A stretch of 63,629 nt of DNA from Chiloscyllium plagiosum (lineage: Eukaryota). This document shows, in pieces, positions 1 to 13,200 of this stretch (position 1 is the stretch's first letter; every line of letters starts with the position of its first letter). A program made the translations under genes and the position numbers. A model generated the notes under the pieces. The model was not told the DNA's origin. It saw only the letters and a program-made list of their open reading frames with translations, and made no database searches. The stretch spans positions 6,766,290 through 6,829,918 of the forward strand of contig NC_057759.1 in the NCBI RefSeq assembly GCF_004010195.1. The letters are read 5' to 3'.

Positions 1-300
<300 letters not shown>

Positions 301-339
301 AGAACTGCATTGCACTGAGACACACATCCACAATCCAAA

Positions 340-355
340 GGCTCTTATAAGAGCC
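340..355 (+). terminator. Histone mRNA 3' stem-loop (H2B)
   Basis: CCAAA-GGCTCT TATA AGAGCC-ACCCA; weak HDE-like GACACAGCTG at 371-380. Confidence 0.93.
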
Positions 356-1354
356 ACCCACAACCTTCCTGACACAGCTGAACCATTTCTTTAAGGGCTG
401 TTTGTTTTAGTTTGCATGTGATTCTTGATAAGATATTTTAAGTTTTTGCATTGCATTCACTTTTATAATTGCTTTGCAATTTGATGAGATGCATAAATGA
501 AGGGGGCGGGGGTTGAATACATCACAAACAGCCCCTTCCCCTCTCTATAGGGAGACAGCAGATTAAGCACCAGTGAGTCATTTTTTAAGATAGATTTGTT
601 TTAGTGTGTTTTGACCAGGTATCTTTCTTCGAGAACTATATTTGATATTATAAGTGTTTTGCAAATTGACGAGGTGGGGAGAGCGACTTCATTAGAGAGA
701 GAGAGCAGACTAAACACGAGGGAGTCATCTTTCATCTTATTTGTTCAAGTTGCTAAAAGCCCTGGTGGAATGTTAACACTTATTTTCACCCAAACAAACC
801 AAACGGAAATGCCAACAGCTTTCAGTCGCACGGATTGACACATTTTACCCTTTTCAAAAAAAAACATTTCCATTGCGCGGCTTTAATCCGATTTTTCAGA
901 ATGCAAATGCAAAGCCCTTTCTGGCTGTCGGTGAGAGGCTTAAACTGAGAGAACACCAAAACAGCTGCCGGACTGAAACGTGGTGATTATGCTGAATCTG
1001 ATCGAGAGCGATAAGGGAGGACGGCTTTAAAATATCGTGTAAACATCGCCATCGATACTGAGCCGGAAGAATGTTGTGTGCTGCTTTATTAACATGTTGG
1101 GGTGTTATTGAAATGTGTTGTAGACTGCAGTGTTTGGCCTGTTTTGTTTAAGCTTAAGTTTTAGAAAATTACCCATTCTCAAGATCAGAGATGGACAGAT
1201 AGTGGTGGGCAAATGAGGGAGAGTAAGACCGTGAGAAGGATACATTTGTAAAGTAAAAGTAACTTGACATACGAGTAGTAAGTGTTTTAAAAACCTCCTC
1301 AGTTTGTTTTAGTACTTCGTTTTTCAATGTAAAATATATTCCTTTGTTTGTAAG

Positions 1355-1993
<639 letters not shown>

Positions 1994-2023
1994 AGAGCCC
2001 TTTCTTGAATCTACCAACCCAAA

Positions 2024-2039
2024 GGCTCTTTTAAGAGCC
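2024..2039 (+). terminator. Histone mRNA 3' stem-loop (H2A)
   Basis: GGCTCT TTTA AGAGCC, followed by purine-rich HDE-like GAAAGGAGTTG at ~2056. Confidence 0.95.
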
Positions 2040-3176
2040 ACTCACAGTATCTGTGAAAGGAGTTGACCTCTGTCTAATTATGTATTTCAGAGCCCTGGGC
2101 TTTGTACCTGACATCGAGCAAATCCTATCTCCTTTTCATTGGGTACTGTTAGTGTCTGTGGGAGCAGAGGAAGAATGTTTCATAAAATGCGATTGCAACA
2201 GTGACTGGAACTATTTCTCATTGTACGGTCACTGCCTGAGGGATCTAGCTTTAGGTAATGTCCAATGAGTTTAGATTGGTGTTACGAACGTCCCCGATCG
2301 CGTTTGACTTTCCATTAGTTTCACAGTTCGTTGAAGTTGGGACTGGTTGGGTTGACCCAGAGCAGTAACTCGTCAGTCGCTGAAGGAGTCGTCCCTGACC
2401 CTTTGCGCTTTGCTCTCTGCTCGGTTCATATACAGTCTTTTATCCCCATCCTCTGGAGAGAGAGCAGATTGCATACCAGTGAGGCATTTTTCAGCTGAAA
2501 AGAGAATGGGGTAAACTGAGACTGTCTGAACTCCAATTTTGTAATGAAAAACACAATCAACGCATACATTCTCCCCTATAAAACATCCTGTTCTTTTGTA
2601 CACGTTGGCGGGCATTTTCAAATTTGAAAATAAGCCAATAAGCCAATTGTCTTGGCGCCAATATTACTTATCGCCATCCCCCGGCACCCACGACGCTAAC
2701 AGTTAAAGAGAAGAACAATGGGCGCTATTTCACTGGAGACGTTTAAAGTGCTCCTTTACAACGCTATCATACTTCCACAGTCCGTGTTTCCTGTATTGAC
2801 AGCATAATGTCAACAGCGAAAAACAAAAGCCAAACCGCCTGTGCTTGATTGCCCAGTGCGGTCATGAGGTCCCTACCCGTAAAGAGAGAATACATTAAAG
2901 TGCACTCGGTCATTTAATGCGCTCATCGGGAAGAATGTTCATACCGCCATCTCCAAATCATGACTACTGTCGGAGATTAGAACTTCTTGATGAAATGTCT
3001 TTCCGCTCATTGTCCCTCAGCTGTAACTGAACGTGGCTGAGGAGGGTGGGGTGGAAATTGGCACCAAAACATCCACCGGTTTCTTTCAGATTTGAAAATG
3101 CAGTCAAGATGTAGAAAGTAGGAGGCAGTTTGAATGAGAAGAATGCATGTGTAATTAATAGTGGGTTTGTTTTTAG

Positions 3177-3416
<240 letters not shown>

Positions 3417-3466
3417 ACGGAGCCTGGCCGGCCCTGCACATTCACCCCGAGAGAGAGAAACACAAC

Positions 3467-3482
3467 GGCTCTTTTCAGAGCC
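3467..3482 (+). terminator. Histone stem-loop of the truncated H3
   Basis: GGCTCT TTTC AGAGCC, then GAGAGAG HDE-like sequence at ~3496. Confidence 0.93.
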
Positions 3483-3756
3483 ACTAAACTATCCAGAGAG
3501 AGCCGAAATCCACCCCGGCTTTTGGTTTTATGTTAGAAACTCATGCGTTGCTGTTTTTACACCGGGTTGATTCAGCTGTGTTTGACGGAACTGAATCTGC
3601 CCGAGATGGAAGTGCCCAGGGGCTGACTGATGCATTTGTTTGGCGTTCATTCGCGTCAATCGTCAGCAAGCGGCATTGGAGTTACACGTTGAGAATTTAA
3701 CAGTGATCACACAACAGAAATGAAGTACGGGTTCCATTCATGTCTGAGATTAACGT

Positions 3757-3980
3757 TAAATATCACAACACCAGGTTATAGTCCAACAGGTTTAATTGAA
3801 AGCACACTAGCTTTCGGAGCGTCGCTCCTTCATCAGGTGGATGTGGAAGACACAATTGTAAAACAGAATTTATTGCAAAAGTTTACAGTGTGATGTAACT
3901 GAAATTATACATTGAAAAATACCTTGACTAGATGAAAGGCTCAGCAAACGATCAAGGTATTTTTCAATGCATAATTTCAA
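3757..3980 (-). mobile_element. Penelope-like element terminus with minimal hammerhead motif and small inverted repeat
   Basis: Same family as 6445-6647. Minus strand reads CAC-CTGATGA-A-GGAGC GAC GCTCC-GAAA-GCTA-GTG. Inverted arms at 3901-3927 and 3952-3978. Confidence 0.7.
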
Positions 3981-4630
3981 TGCGCAGACATACCTTAGAT
4001 ATTAATTGATCTGAATAAATCAAATAAACACTCATGCCATGGTTTACGAAAGTGGAGACCTGTGAATGGGGAAGGTATCACACAGGGAGGGTTTATTGAT
4101 CTCCATCTTGTTATTTCACTTCGCGACTTATAACCCTACCGAGTCACGAATATGACATATCGTAGTATTTGTATTTCACTGACCCGTTCAGGAATTTTGT
4201 TCAGTTTTGATTCTGGGACGCTGCGGATGTTTTCATGGCGCGTTCCTTCCATCTGCCTGTTACAGACAGTTCAGGTAGCAATTCCACATTGTTTTCGGGC
4301 TAATTACAATCTGGGGATAATAAAAAATAACAGATAAAGTGAGATTCTGTCCTTTTATCTGATTTTAAGATGTTTAAATTGGCGGGGTTGTTTAGATTGA
4401 TTCACGGCCGGTACAAGTTCGGTTGTTCAGTTTGTCTGGGCTGTTTTAAACCCCGCCTTTCCTCCTGCCTGTTACAGACAGATCAGGCAATGATCCCGCC
4501 TCCTGTCCGCGCTGCCAGCTAACTAGGTTTTAAATAATTACTATAAAATATTAAATTTTGTCTTCGTTGCAGACGGATGGTGCTTTGCGTTTGAATATTT
4601 AATTTAATTTCAGTGTTTGTGAGGGTGAAT

Positions 4631-5262
<632 letters not shown>

Positions 5263-5312
5263 ACGGAGCCTGGCCGGCCCTGCACATTCACCCCGAGAGA
5301 GAGAAACACAAC

Positions 5313-5328
5313 GGCTCTTTTCAGAGCC
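5313..5328 (+). terminator. Histone mRNA 3' stem-loop (H3)
   Basis: GGCTCT TTTC AGAGCC, then AGAGAGAG HDE-like sequence at 5341. Confidence 0.95.
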
Positions 5329-6444
5329 ACTAAACTATCCAGAGAGAGCGGGAAGCGATAGGGGACCTGAAAGCATGCTATTGCCGCACTAAGTCAGTTC
5401 TGTTGTTATTACATATACTTTGAATCTAGCCGAGCCGGGCGAAGGTAGTTGGAAGGCTTTCAGCGGCAGTGATTAGTACATTGCCATGAATGTTATGTAA
5501 TTTTCACACTACATAATAGGTCGGGGAATGTTTATTTCGGATGAAATCTCTCCTCATTGTCTCCCTTGGTGTTCCCACCAGCTGTAACTATATGACTATT
5601 GCTGAGAAAGCAGCGGGGAAAAAATGGAGCCAAATCATCAACCATTTTCTTTCACATTTGAAAATCCTGCCGTTTTACAGAACACAACGCATTCGTACTT
5701 AGTCGTTAATTTGCGATTCGATGATAAAAGTCCAATTCACACAATCTTTCTTTAGGGTACTGAGTCCAGAAGCTATTTAAAAGATTCGGGATTCTCTTCG
5801 GAGGGACTCGATGGGCCGAATGCCCTCAATCAGCCCTGTCAGGATTTCATGAACGTTCTTTGCCGGGAGCGCATTGATAACGAACACCGCCCTTAGATAT
5901 TATTTTAATATCTTGCTCCCTTTCTGCAGAAGCTCCACATTAACTATTCCAGTCCGGCAACTGTCCTGGTTCTGTTTGATCTCGTTCATTTTGAAAGCTT
6001 CTAGCTGACAGCAGAAAGCCTCATTTAAAACGTGCAATCATCATTCCCACCCAACAGAACCCGCGCGGAGTTTTGGAAATTGAAAAATCAGTGTGTAATG
6101 TATCGACCCGTGGATCTGTTTCCCGGAGGTGACAATCAGGGCTCACATCCCAACCGGGGCTTGTAGCTCCTGGAATAATCAAGTGTTCGAGAGTAACTTG
6201 AGCAAATAGCAGCAAATAGAGAAAATAAAACTCACTGGTGTTTAATGTACTCCCAAGAGGCAGGGAGGAGAGAGGCCACGTTCTCTTCTCTTGCAGCCAG
6301 CGCCAAATCATTAACAACTTTCTTTCCAGTTTGAAAAGCCCGCCGATTAACAAGCAACGGAGTCTGTTTGCATTGAAAAAGAGGACGTTGTTCAGAGGAC
6401 AATCCATCAATACTTGTTAATTCGCTTACATATATATACTTCAG

Positions 6445-6647
6445 ACAAAGTTAAAAATCACACAACACCAGGTTATAGTCCAACAGGTTTCATTGGAAGC
6501 ACACTAGCTTTCGGAGCGCCGCTCCTTCATCAGGTGATTGTCTCTGAAAGCTAGTATGCTTCCAATGAAACCTGTTGGACTATAACCTGGTGTTGTGTGA
6601 TTTTTAACTTTGTACACCCCAGTCCAAGACCGGCATCTCCAAATCAT
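6445..6647. mobile_element. Fold-back Penelope-like insertion with hammerhead motif and TSD
   Basis: Inverted arms at 6445-6512 and 6546-6613; direct repeat ATACTTCAGACA at 6436-6447 and 6646-6657; hammerhead core on the minus strand at ~6501-6536. Confidence 0.75.
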
Positions 6648-7029
6648 ACTTCAGACAGTCTCTCTCGCTCATCCATTTGCCCAACTGCATCTGTCTCTTT
6701 CTACATTTTTGTTCCTTTTCTGGACCAGAAGACCTGGCAGAAACACAAAGAAAGCGCCAAGAACTGCAATATGCAATTAATCTCTTCATTTCACATTTCA
6801 AAAAATGTTGATTAAACATTACAGAACGTTCTACTGGATGAGCATATTAATCGTCTTTAGACAATATTTTAATGTCGCCCTGCCCTTTGGCATTAGTTCT
6901 GACATCAGCAAAAGCTCCACATTTGCCATCCCAGTCCTGCAGCTGCTCTGGTTTGATCTCGGTTCATTTTGAAAATCTCTCACCGACAGCAGAAAGCCTC
7001 AATTACTGCAATCTGAAATCAGACAAATC

Positions 7030-7228
7030 AAAGTCATAGAGATGTACAGCATGGAAACAGACCCTTCGGTCCAACCTGTCCATGCCGACCAGATATACCA
7101 ACCCAATCTAGTCCCACCTGCCAGCACCCGGCCCATATCCCTCCAAACCCATCCTATTCATATAACCATCCAAATGTCTCTGAAATGTTGCAATTGTACC
7201 AGCCTCCACCACATCCTCTGGCAGCTCC
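7030..7228 (-). mobile_element. CR1/HER1-type LINE 3' end
   Basis: Minus strand matches the CR1 3' UTR (GGTTGGACCGAAGGGTCTGTTTCCATGCTGTACATCTCTATGAC); runs into an N gap. Confidence 0.7.
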
Positions 7229-7728
7229 NNNNNNNNNNNNNNNNNNNNNNNNNNNNNNNNNNNNNNNNNNNNNNNNNNNNNNNNNNNNNNNNNNNNNNNN
7301 NNNNNNNNNNNNNNNNNNNNNNNNNNNNNNNNNNNNNNNNNNNNNNNNNNNNNNNNNNNNNNNNNNNNNNNNNNNNNNNNNNNNNNNNNNNNNNNNNNNN
7401 NNNNNNNNNNNNNNNNNNNNNNNNNNNNNNNNNNNNNNNNNNNNNNNNNNNNNNNNNNNNNNNNNNNNNNNNNNNNNNNNNNNNNNNNNNNNNNNNNNNN
7501 NNNNNNNNNNNNNNNNNNNNNNNNNNNNNNNNNNNNNNNNNNNNNNNNNNNNNNNNNNNNNNNNNNNNNNNNNNNNNNNNNNNNNNNNNNNNNNNNNNNN
7601 NNNNNNNNNNNNNNNNNNNNNNNNNNNNNNNNNNNNNNNNNNNNNNNNNNNNNNNNNNNNNNNNNNNNNNNNNNNNNNNNNNNNNNNNNNNNNNNNNNNN
7701 NNNNNNNNNNNNNNNNNNNNNNNNNNNN
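7229..7728. other. Assembly gap (500 N)
   Basis: Run of N. Confidence 1.
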
Positions 7729-7777
7729 ACATTGACATTGCTGCTTAGGAAGAGCAGGAAGGAATTCTGTCTCATAT

Positions 7778-9216
7778 ACCTGCTATAAAGGGATAGGAGG
7801 ATGACATTTAACCTGCTATAAAGGGATAGGAGGATGACCTTTAACCTACTCTCAACTATTACTATCTCTGTGTGTGTGTGTGTTGGGGTGATTGAATCCA
7901 AAAGGTTGAATGAGAGAGAGAAAGCATTGAGGAAGTCAGTTTAAATATATTATAAAAACTGGCAGGTGTTTGGATTATCGACAGAGAGATACTGAGGGGC
8001 TTTTCATGGACAGCTGTCGATGACATGCTTCAGAATCTTGAAATAAAGACATTGCCAAACCCAATAATAGTATAGATCAATCCGCACAGGAATGGCGGAT
8101 GGAACATTCTGTTATTCGAACATTATAGTCTAATTTTCTCAGATTATGATCTCTCGTCCTCTTTCTCTGGAGCTGTTGATTCCTGTAGTGCTATATGTGA
8201 TGCTTCAACTTGTACCAAGTGATAACACATTGAACACGAGCTACCTGACGTACTTCTTAGCAAACTTGTTGCACTATAATCTGGTGTTATGTGATTTTTA
8301 ATAGGGCCCCTTAAAGATCATTAAGGTCGCCTATGTGTGGAACTACAGAAGATAGATGAGTTTGTCTGCGAGTATATTGCGTCATTATTTACTGAGGAGA
8401 AGAACGTGGAAGTTCGAGAAGTTGTGGAAATAAATAGTCATATCTTATAAAGTGTCTAGGAGGATGACATTTAACCTGCTATAAAGGGATAGGAGGATGA
8501 CATTTAACCTGCTATAAAGGGATAGGAGGATGACATTTAACCTGCTATAAAGGGATAGGAGGATGACATTTAACCTGCTATAAAGGGATAGGAGGATGAC
8601 ATTTAACCTACTCTCAACTATTAGTATCTCTGTGTGTGTGTGTTGGGGTGATTGAATCCAAAAGGTTGAATGAGAGAGAGAAAGCATTGAGGAAGTCAGT
8701 TTAAATATATTATAAAAACTGGCAGGTGTTTGGATTATCGACAGAGAGATACTGAGGGGCTTTTCATGGACAGCTGTCGATGACATGCTTCAGAATCTTG
8801 AAATAAAGACATTGCCAAACCCAATAATAGTATAGATCAATCCGCACAGGAATGGCGGATGGAACATTCTGTTATTGGAACATTATAGTCTAATTTTCTC
8901 AGATTATGATCTCTCGTCCTCTTTCTCTGGAGCTGTTGATTCCTGTAGTGCTATATGTGATGCTTCAACTTGTACCAAGTGATAACACATTGAACACGAG
9001 CTACCTGACGTACTTCTTAGCAAACTTGTTGCACTATAATCTGGTGTTATGCGATTTTTAATAGGGCCTCTTAAAGATCATTAAGGTCGCCTATGTGTGG
9101 AACTACAGAAGATAGATGAGTTTGTCTGCGAGCATATTGCGTCATTATTTACTGAGGAGAAGAACGTGGAAGTTCGAGAAGTTGTGGAAATAAATAGTCA
9201 TATCTTATAAAGTGTC
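7778..9216 (+). repeat. Tandem duplication (7778-8456 and 8458-9216), each copy headed by a 33-bp minisatellite
   Basis: Unit AGGAGGATGACATTTAACCTGCTATAAAGGGAT occurs ~2x in copy 1 and ~4x in copy 2; the following ~600 bp are near-identical. Confidence 0.95.
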
Positions 9217-10080
9217 CATTTTAAAGAAGAAAAGGTGTGGAAGTCTTAAAATGCATAAAGGTGGATAAATCTGTCAGACTTGATCAAGTGTATCTTAGAA
9301 CTATTTGGCTAACTCGGAAAATGCTTATTGGGTACCTTGCTGAGATGCTTGTATTATGAATAGCCACCAGTAAGGTGCCAGAAGGCTGGATGATTGCTTA
9401 TGTTGTGCCATGATTTACGAAAGAAAATGGTAAAGGGCGAGGTGAGCCTGATGTCAGTAGTGGGTAAGTTGCCAGAGTGGATTCTGAGATGTAGTATTTC
9501 CATGTATTTGGAAGGGCATGATCTGGTACGGGATAGTGAACATGGATTTGTGCATGGCTTTGCCACTAAGTTGATTGAGTGTTTTTGAAGCTGTGACATA
9601 GAAGATTGATGAAAACATAGACATTGTCCATATTGACTTCAGTCAGACGTTCGACAAGTTTCCATAAGGGAAACTGTTGGACAAACTTTGATTACGTAGA
9701 AACTGCGGAGAGCTGGAGGCAATTGCATCGAAGGTAAGAGACAGGGAATTGGTGGAGGGATGCTTTTCAGACCGAAGGCCAGTGTCTAGAAGTGTGATAC
9801 AATAATCGGTGCTGAGTTCATTGGATTTTGTCATTTGTTTAATGATTTGGATATGAATATGTTAGGAATAGGTAGAATGTCGGCTGATAACAGCAAAACT
9901 TTTGTTTCTGTTAATAGCAAAGAAGGTTACCTCAGGGTAGAATGGGACATTGATCAAATTGGCCGAAGGGCCAAGGAGTGGCATACTGACTTTATTTCCG
10001 ATAAACGTGAGATGTTGCACTTTGGTAAGGTAAATTAGGGCAACACGTCTATGTCCGTCATGGGAACTGTTGACAGAGAC
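9061..10080 (+). mobile_element. Degraded CR1 LINE ORF2 (RT region)
   Basis: Remnant motifs VSLMSVVGKL, HGFV, and a decayed FADD region (MSADNSK); many stops. Confidence 0.8.
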
Positions 10081-10094
10081 ACCAATATAAAAAT

Positions 10095-11010
10095 TATAGA
10101 ATCCCTGTAATGTGGAAACAGATCCATCAGCCCATGGAGTCCAACAGACCCTCTGAAGTGCATCCCAGCAGACACACCCGTAATCTATTACTGTAACTCT
10201 GCATTATCGGCAGTTTATCCACCTAGCCTGCACATCCCCAAATATTGTGGAGCAGTTTCGCATGGCTAATTCACCTCAAGTATGCCTTCTTGGACTGTGG
10301 GAGGAAAACGTTCCGACTACAGATGCTGGATATCAGAGTGAAAAAGTGTGGCGCTGGAAAAGCGCAGCACATCAGGCAGCAAAGAAGGAGCAGGAGAGCC
10401 GACGTTTCGGGCATAAGACCTTCATAATGAATGTGAGGGTGCAGGTGGGAAGAGGGCTGAGTACTAAATAAAAGGGCGGAGGGAAGGTATCCAAGAAGGC
10501 AATAGGTAGATGAAGGTGTGAGTGATAGTGACAGTTCTGAAGGAATAGTGGAACGGACATATGCAAAAGATGATGGATAGGTATATTAGTTCAAGAGGGT
10601 GGTGCCGAGTTGGAGGGTTAGATCTGGGATGGGGTGGGGACATGAGTGAATTTGAGGAAACCTGATGAAGTCAACGTTGATGTCTTGTGGCTGGAGAGTC
10701 CCAGGGCAAAATGATAAGATGTTCACCCTTCAGGAGTCGAATGGCTTGGATTTGCCGGTGGAGAATGTCCATGACTTGCATGTTCTTGGCAGAGTAGGAG
10801 TGGGAGTTGAAGTGCTGCATTTGGCAGTGGAGGTGGCCTGGGAAGAAATTTCGTGGTGAAGGAGGCCCAGGCCAACCCAGAGAGGAAAACTGAACATGGA
10901 TACTGAGTGCGTGTGTAACCTCCTCACAGACAGTCGCCAGAGAGTGGAGTCGACCCTGTGTTCTTGGCGATGTGAGGCAGCTGCTAACCACTGACCCATT
11001 GTGCCACCGC
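10095..11010 (-). mobile_element. HE1-type tRNA-derived SINE, interrupted by a Penelope-like fragment
   Basis: Tail part at 10095-10309 (GGACTGTGGGAGGAAA); head part at ~10882-11010 (minus strand GGTGGCAC...GTGGTTAGCAGCTGCCTCAC). Confidence 0.7.
10311..10870 (-). mobile_element. Penelope-like element 3' fragment (endonuclease C-terminus plus terminal repeat)
   Basis: Minus translation HFNSHSYSAKNMQVMDILHRQIQAIRLLKGEHLII resembles the C-terminal part of the PLE GIY-YIG endonuclease; a decayed hammerhead (ATGAAGGTCTTATGCCCGAAACGTC) lies at 10401-10425. Confidence 0.65.
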
Positions 11011-11279
11011 AATGATCAGCTGCGAGTTACTGAATGTTTCCACCTTCCTCCAAATCTGTCACATGTGTTCAGATGGCGTTGAATTCCTGTGGGTTACCTC
11101 TGACATGACCTCGTTTCCCCTCATCCGAGAATTTCACCTCAAGCAAACTCTGGTGTACAGGGACTTCACCTATGACTGACCGATCCCCTGCACTTCTGAC
11201 TCACCCCTTCACCTACTTCCCAGATCAAGTCACCCATTAATTCTCCTGTACGCACATTACTCACATATCTAAAATCAAA

Positions 11280-11410
11280 CAAAGACGGAAGATGCTGGAT
11301 GTCTAAAACAAAATCTATTCTGATGAAAAGTTCGCAAATTTGAAACATTACCTTTGCTGTCTTCCTACAGATGTTGCCAGACCTGCTAAGATTTGCCAAC
11401 AATTTCTGGA
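11280..11410 (+). mobile_element. Penelope-like terminal repeat remnant
   Basis: CTGATGA...GAAAC at 11320-11346, followed by ACAGATGTTGCCAGACCTGCT, similar to other PLE ends in the window. Confidence 0.5.
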
Positions 11411-12229
11411 ATAATTACTTTCCTGTTTATAACATGTACAACATTTGACCTCCAGTTTTGACTTTGGTATCCAACTCCGACAATTATTTGCTTCTCCTTG
11501 CTGTTTCTAAGCTCCAGCCAAACTGTTTCTGTACAATCTGAGTGATAGGGATTGTGGTGAGATTAATGGTAGATTTCGCGAGATGATTCGTGAGGCATTT
11601 CGTGATGTTGAAATAATTCTGCTGCTTCTTCTTCATTCTTCTCAAGGCAAATGCTGAGATCCTCCCGGTTCTCCCGTTACACTGTTGTAGTGGAGAAGGA
11701 AAGTGATCTCCTGACAATGTTGTACATTGTTCCAGATGGCTCAGACTGCTCTAGCCTGATGGCAACCTCATTTAAGCAGATATGGTCTGGTGTCATGGCC
11801 TCCACTACTCGTTCTGGGGGATGGGGTAAGGAAGTCCTGATTATGCACCTCCCCACCCAGGAGAGGATCTATGTCAATGCTTACAACGCGGGTTTGAAGA
11901 GAGCAACAATATCCCCTGCCTGCCACGTGCAGGCTCAATATCAGTGACTGTGCAGCGTAGCTCCACACAGACTGCGCTTGTTCGTGTGCACCATAGGCTT
12001 TCAAAGAAGACACTGGTTCCCGGGATGCGGGTTAATTACAGGAGGTCCGATGAGTGGAGAGTTGCTCAAGGAATGGTGTGCAGTTAGAAATGGGGGAAAA
12101 AAAGCGTGATTCTCGCCACGATGGCTCGAAAACCAATTCATGTGGTGGGTTTCATTCGATCTACTCAGCCTCACGATGGAAACCTCTCCCCAAACTCCAA
12201 TCAACTGTCATTTTGTTTAAAAAATGCAA

Positions 12230-13200
12230 TACATAAGAACATAAAACTAGGAGCAGGAGTAAGCCATCTAGCCCCTCAAGCCCGTTACACTGTTCAATGG
12301 GATCATGGCTGATCTTTTCGCTGCCTCAGCTCCATTTCGCCAAACACTCAACATAACCCTTAATTCCCATACTGTTCAAAGATCTGCCTATTTTTACTAG
12401 GTAGCCTCGTCTGGTTCACTGTGTATTGCTTTCCCCAGATTCACAACCCTTTGGGTAAAGACGTTCCTCCTCAACTCAGTCCTAAATCTGCTCCACTTTA
12501 TTTTCAGGCTATGACCCCTCATTATAATTTCATCTGCTAGTGGAAACAGTCTCCTTGCTTCAATCTCATCTGTTCCATAAATCCATAAGACATAGGAGCA
12601 GAAATTAGGTTGGTCAGCCCATCAAGTCTGCTTCGCCATTCAATCGTGGCTGATAGGTTTCTCCCTTCATAACTTAATATTTTTTCTGTAAGTGTCACCC
12701 TTATTCCTCCTAATTCCAATGAACATAATCCCAGTTTACTCAATCTCTTCTCATAAAGCAAACTGCTCAATTCCAGGATCAATCTAGTGAAACTCCTCTA
12801 TAACTTCATCAATTCTCATACATCCTCTCTCAAGTAAAGAAACGAAACCTATGGACCACCACTCAGATGTGACCTCACTCCGCACCTTTTACAGCTGCAA
12901 AATAGCCTCCCTGTTTTTAAACTGCATCCCTATAGCTTTGAGGGACAATATTCCTTTTGTCTTTTAAATTACCTGCAAAACAATTTATTCTGATTAATGC
13001 ACAATTACACTCACGTTCCTCTGTACTGCAGCATGCTGCAATTTTACATCATTTGTACAATAGTCCATTATGCAGACATTCCTCCTAAAATGGATGACAT
13101 CAATTTTATCAGCATTGTCCTCCATCTACAAGATACTTACCCAATCTTTATACCTATTTATATCCCTCTGTACACTTTGCTCTGCCAATCATCTTTGATG
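12230..13200 (-). mobile_element. Degraded CR1 LINE 3' portion, with a second CR1 tail inserted at ~12575-12665
   Basis: Reverse-complement CR1 tail (ATAAGAACATAA...GGAGCAGGAGTAAGCCAT); remnant YEKRLSKLGLCSLE. Confidence 0.75.

Noticed and set aside
7042..7901. Long ORFs spanning N runs (also 19267-20670 and 22167-22755)
   Set aside because: Their length is an artefact of gaps.
8458..8610. 33-bp repeats as a CRISPR-like array or an 11-aa repeat protein
   Set aside because: The units are head-to-tail with no spacers, in a eukaryotic context; this is an ordinary VNTR.
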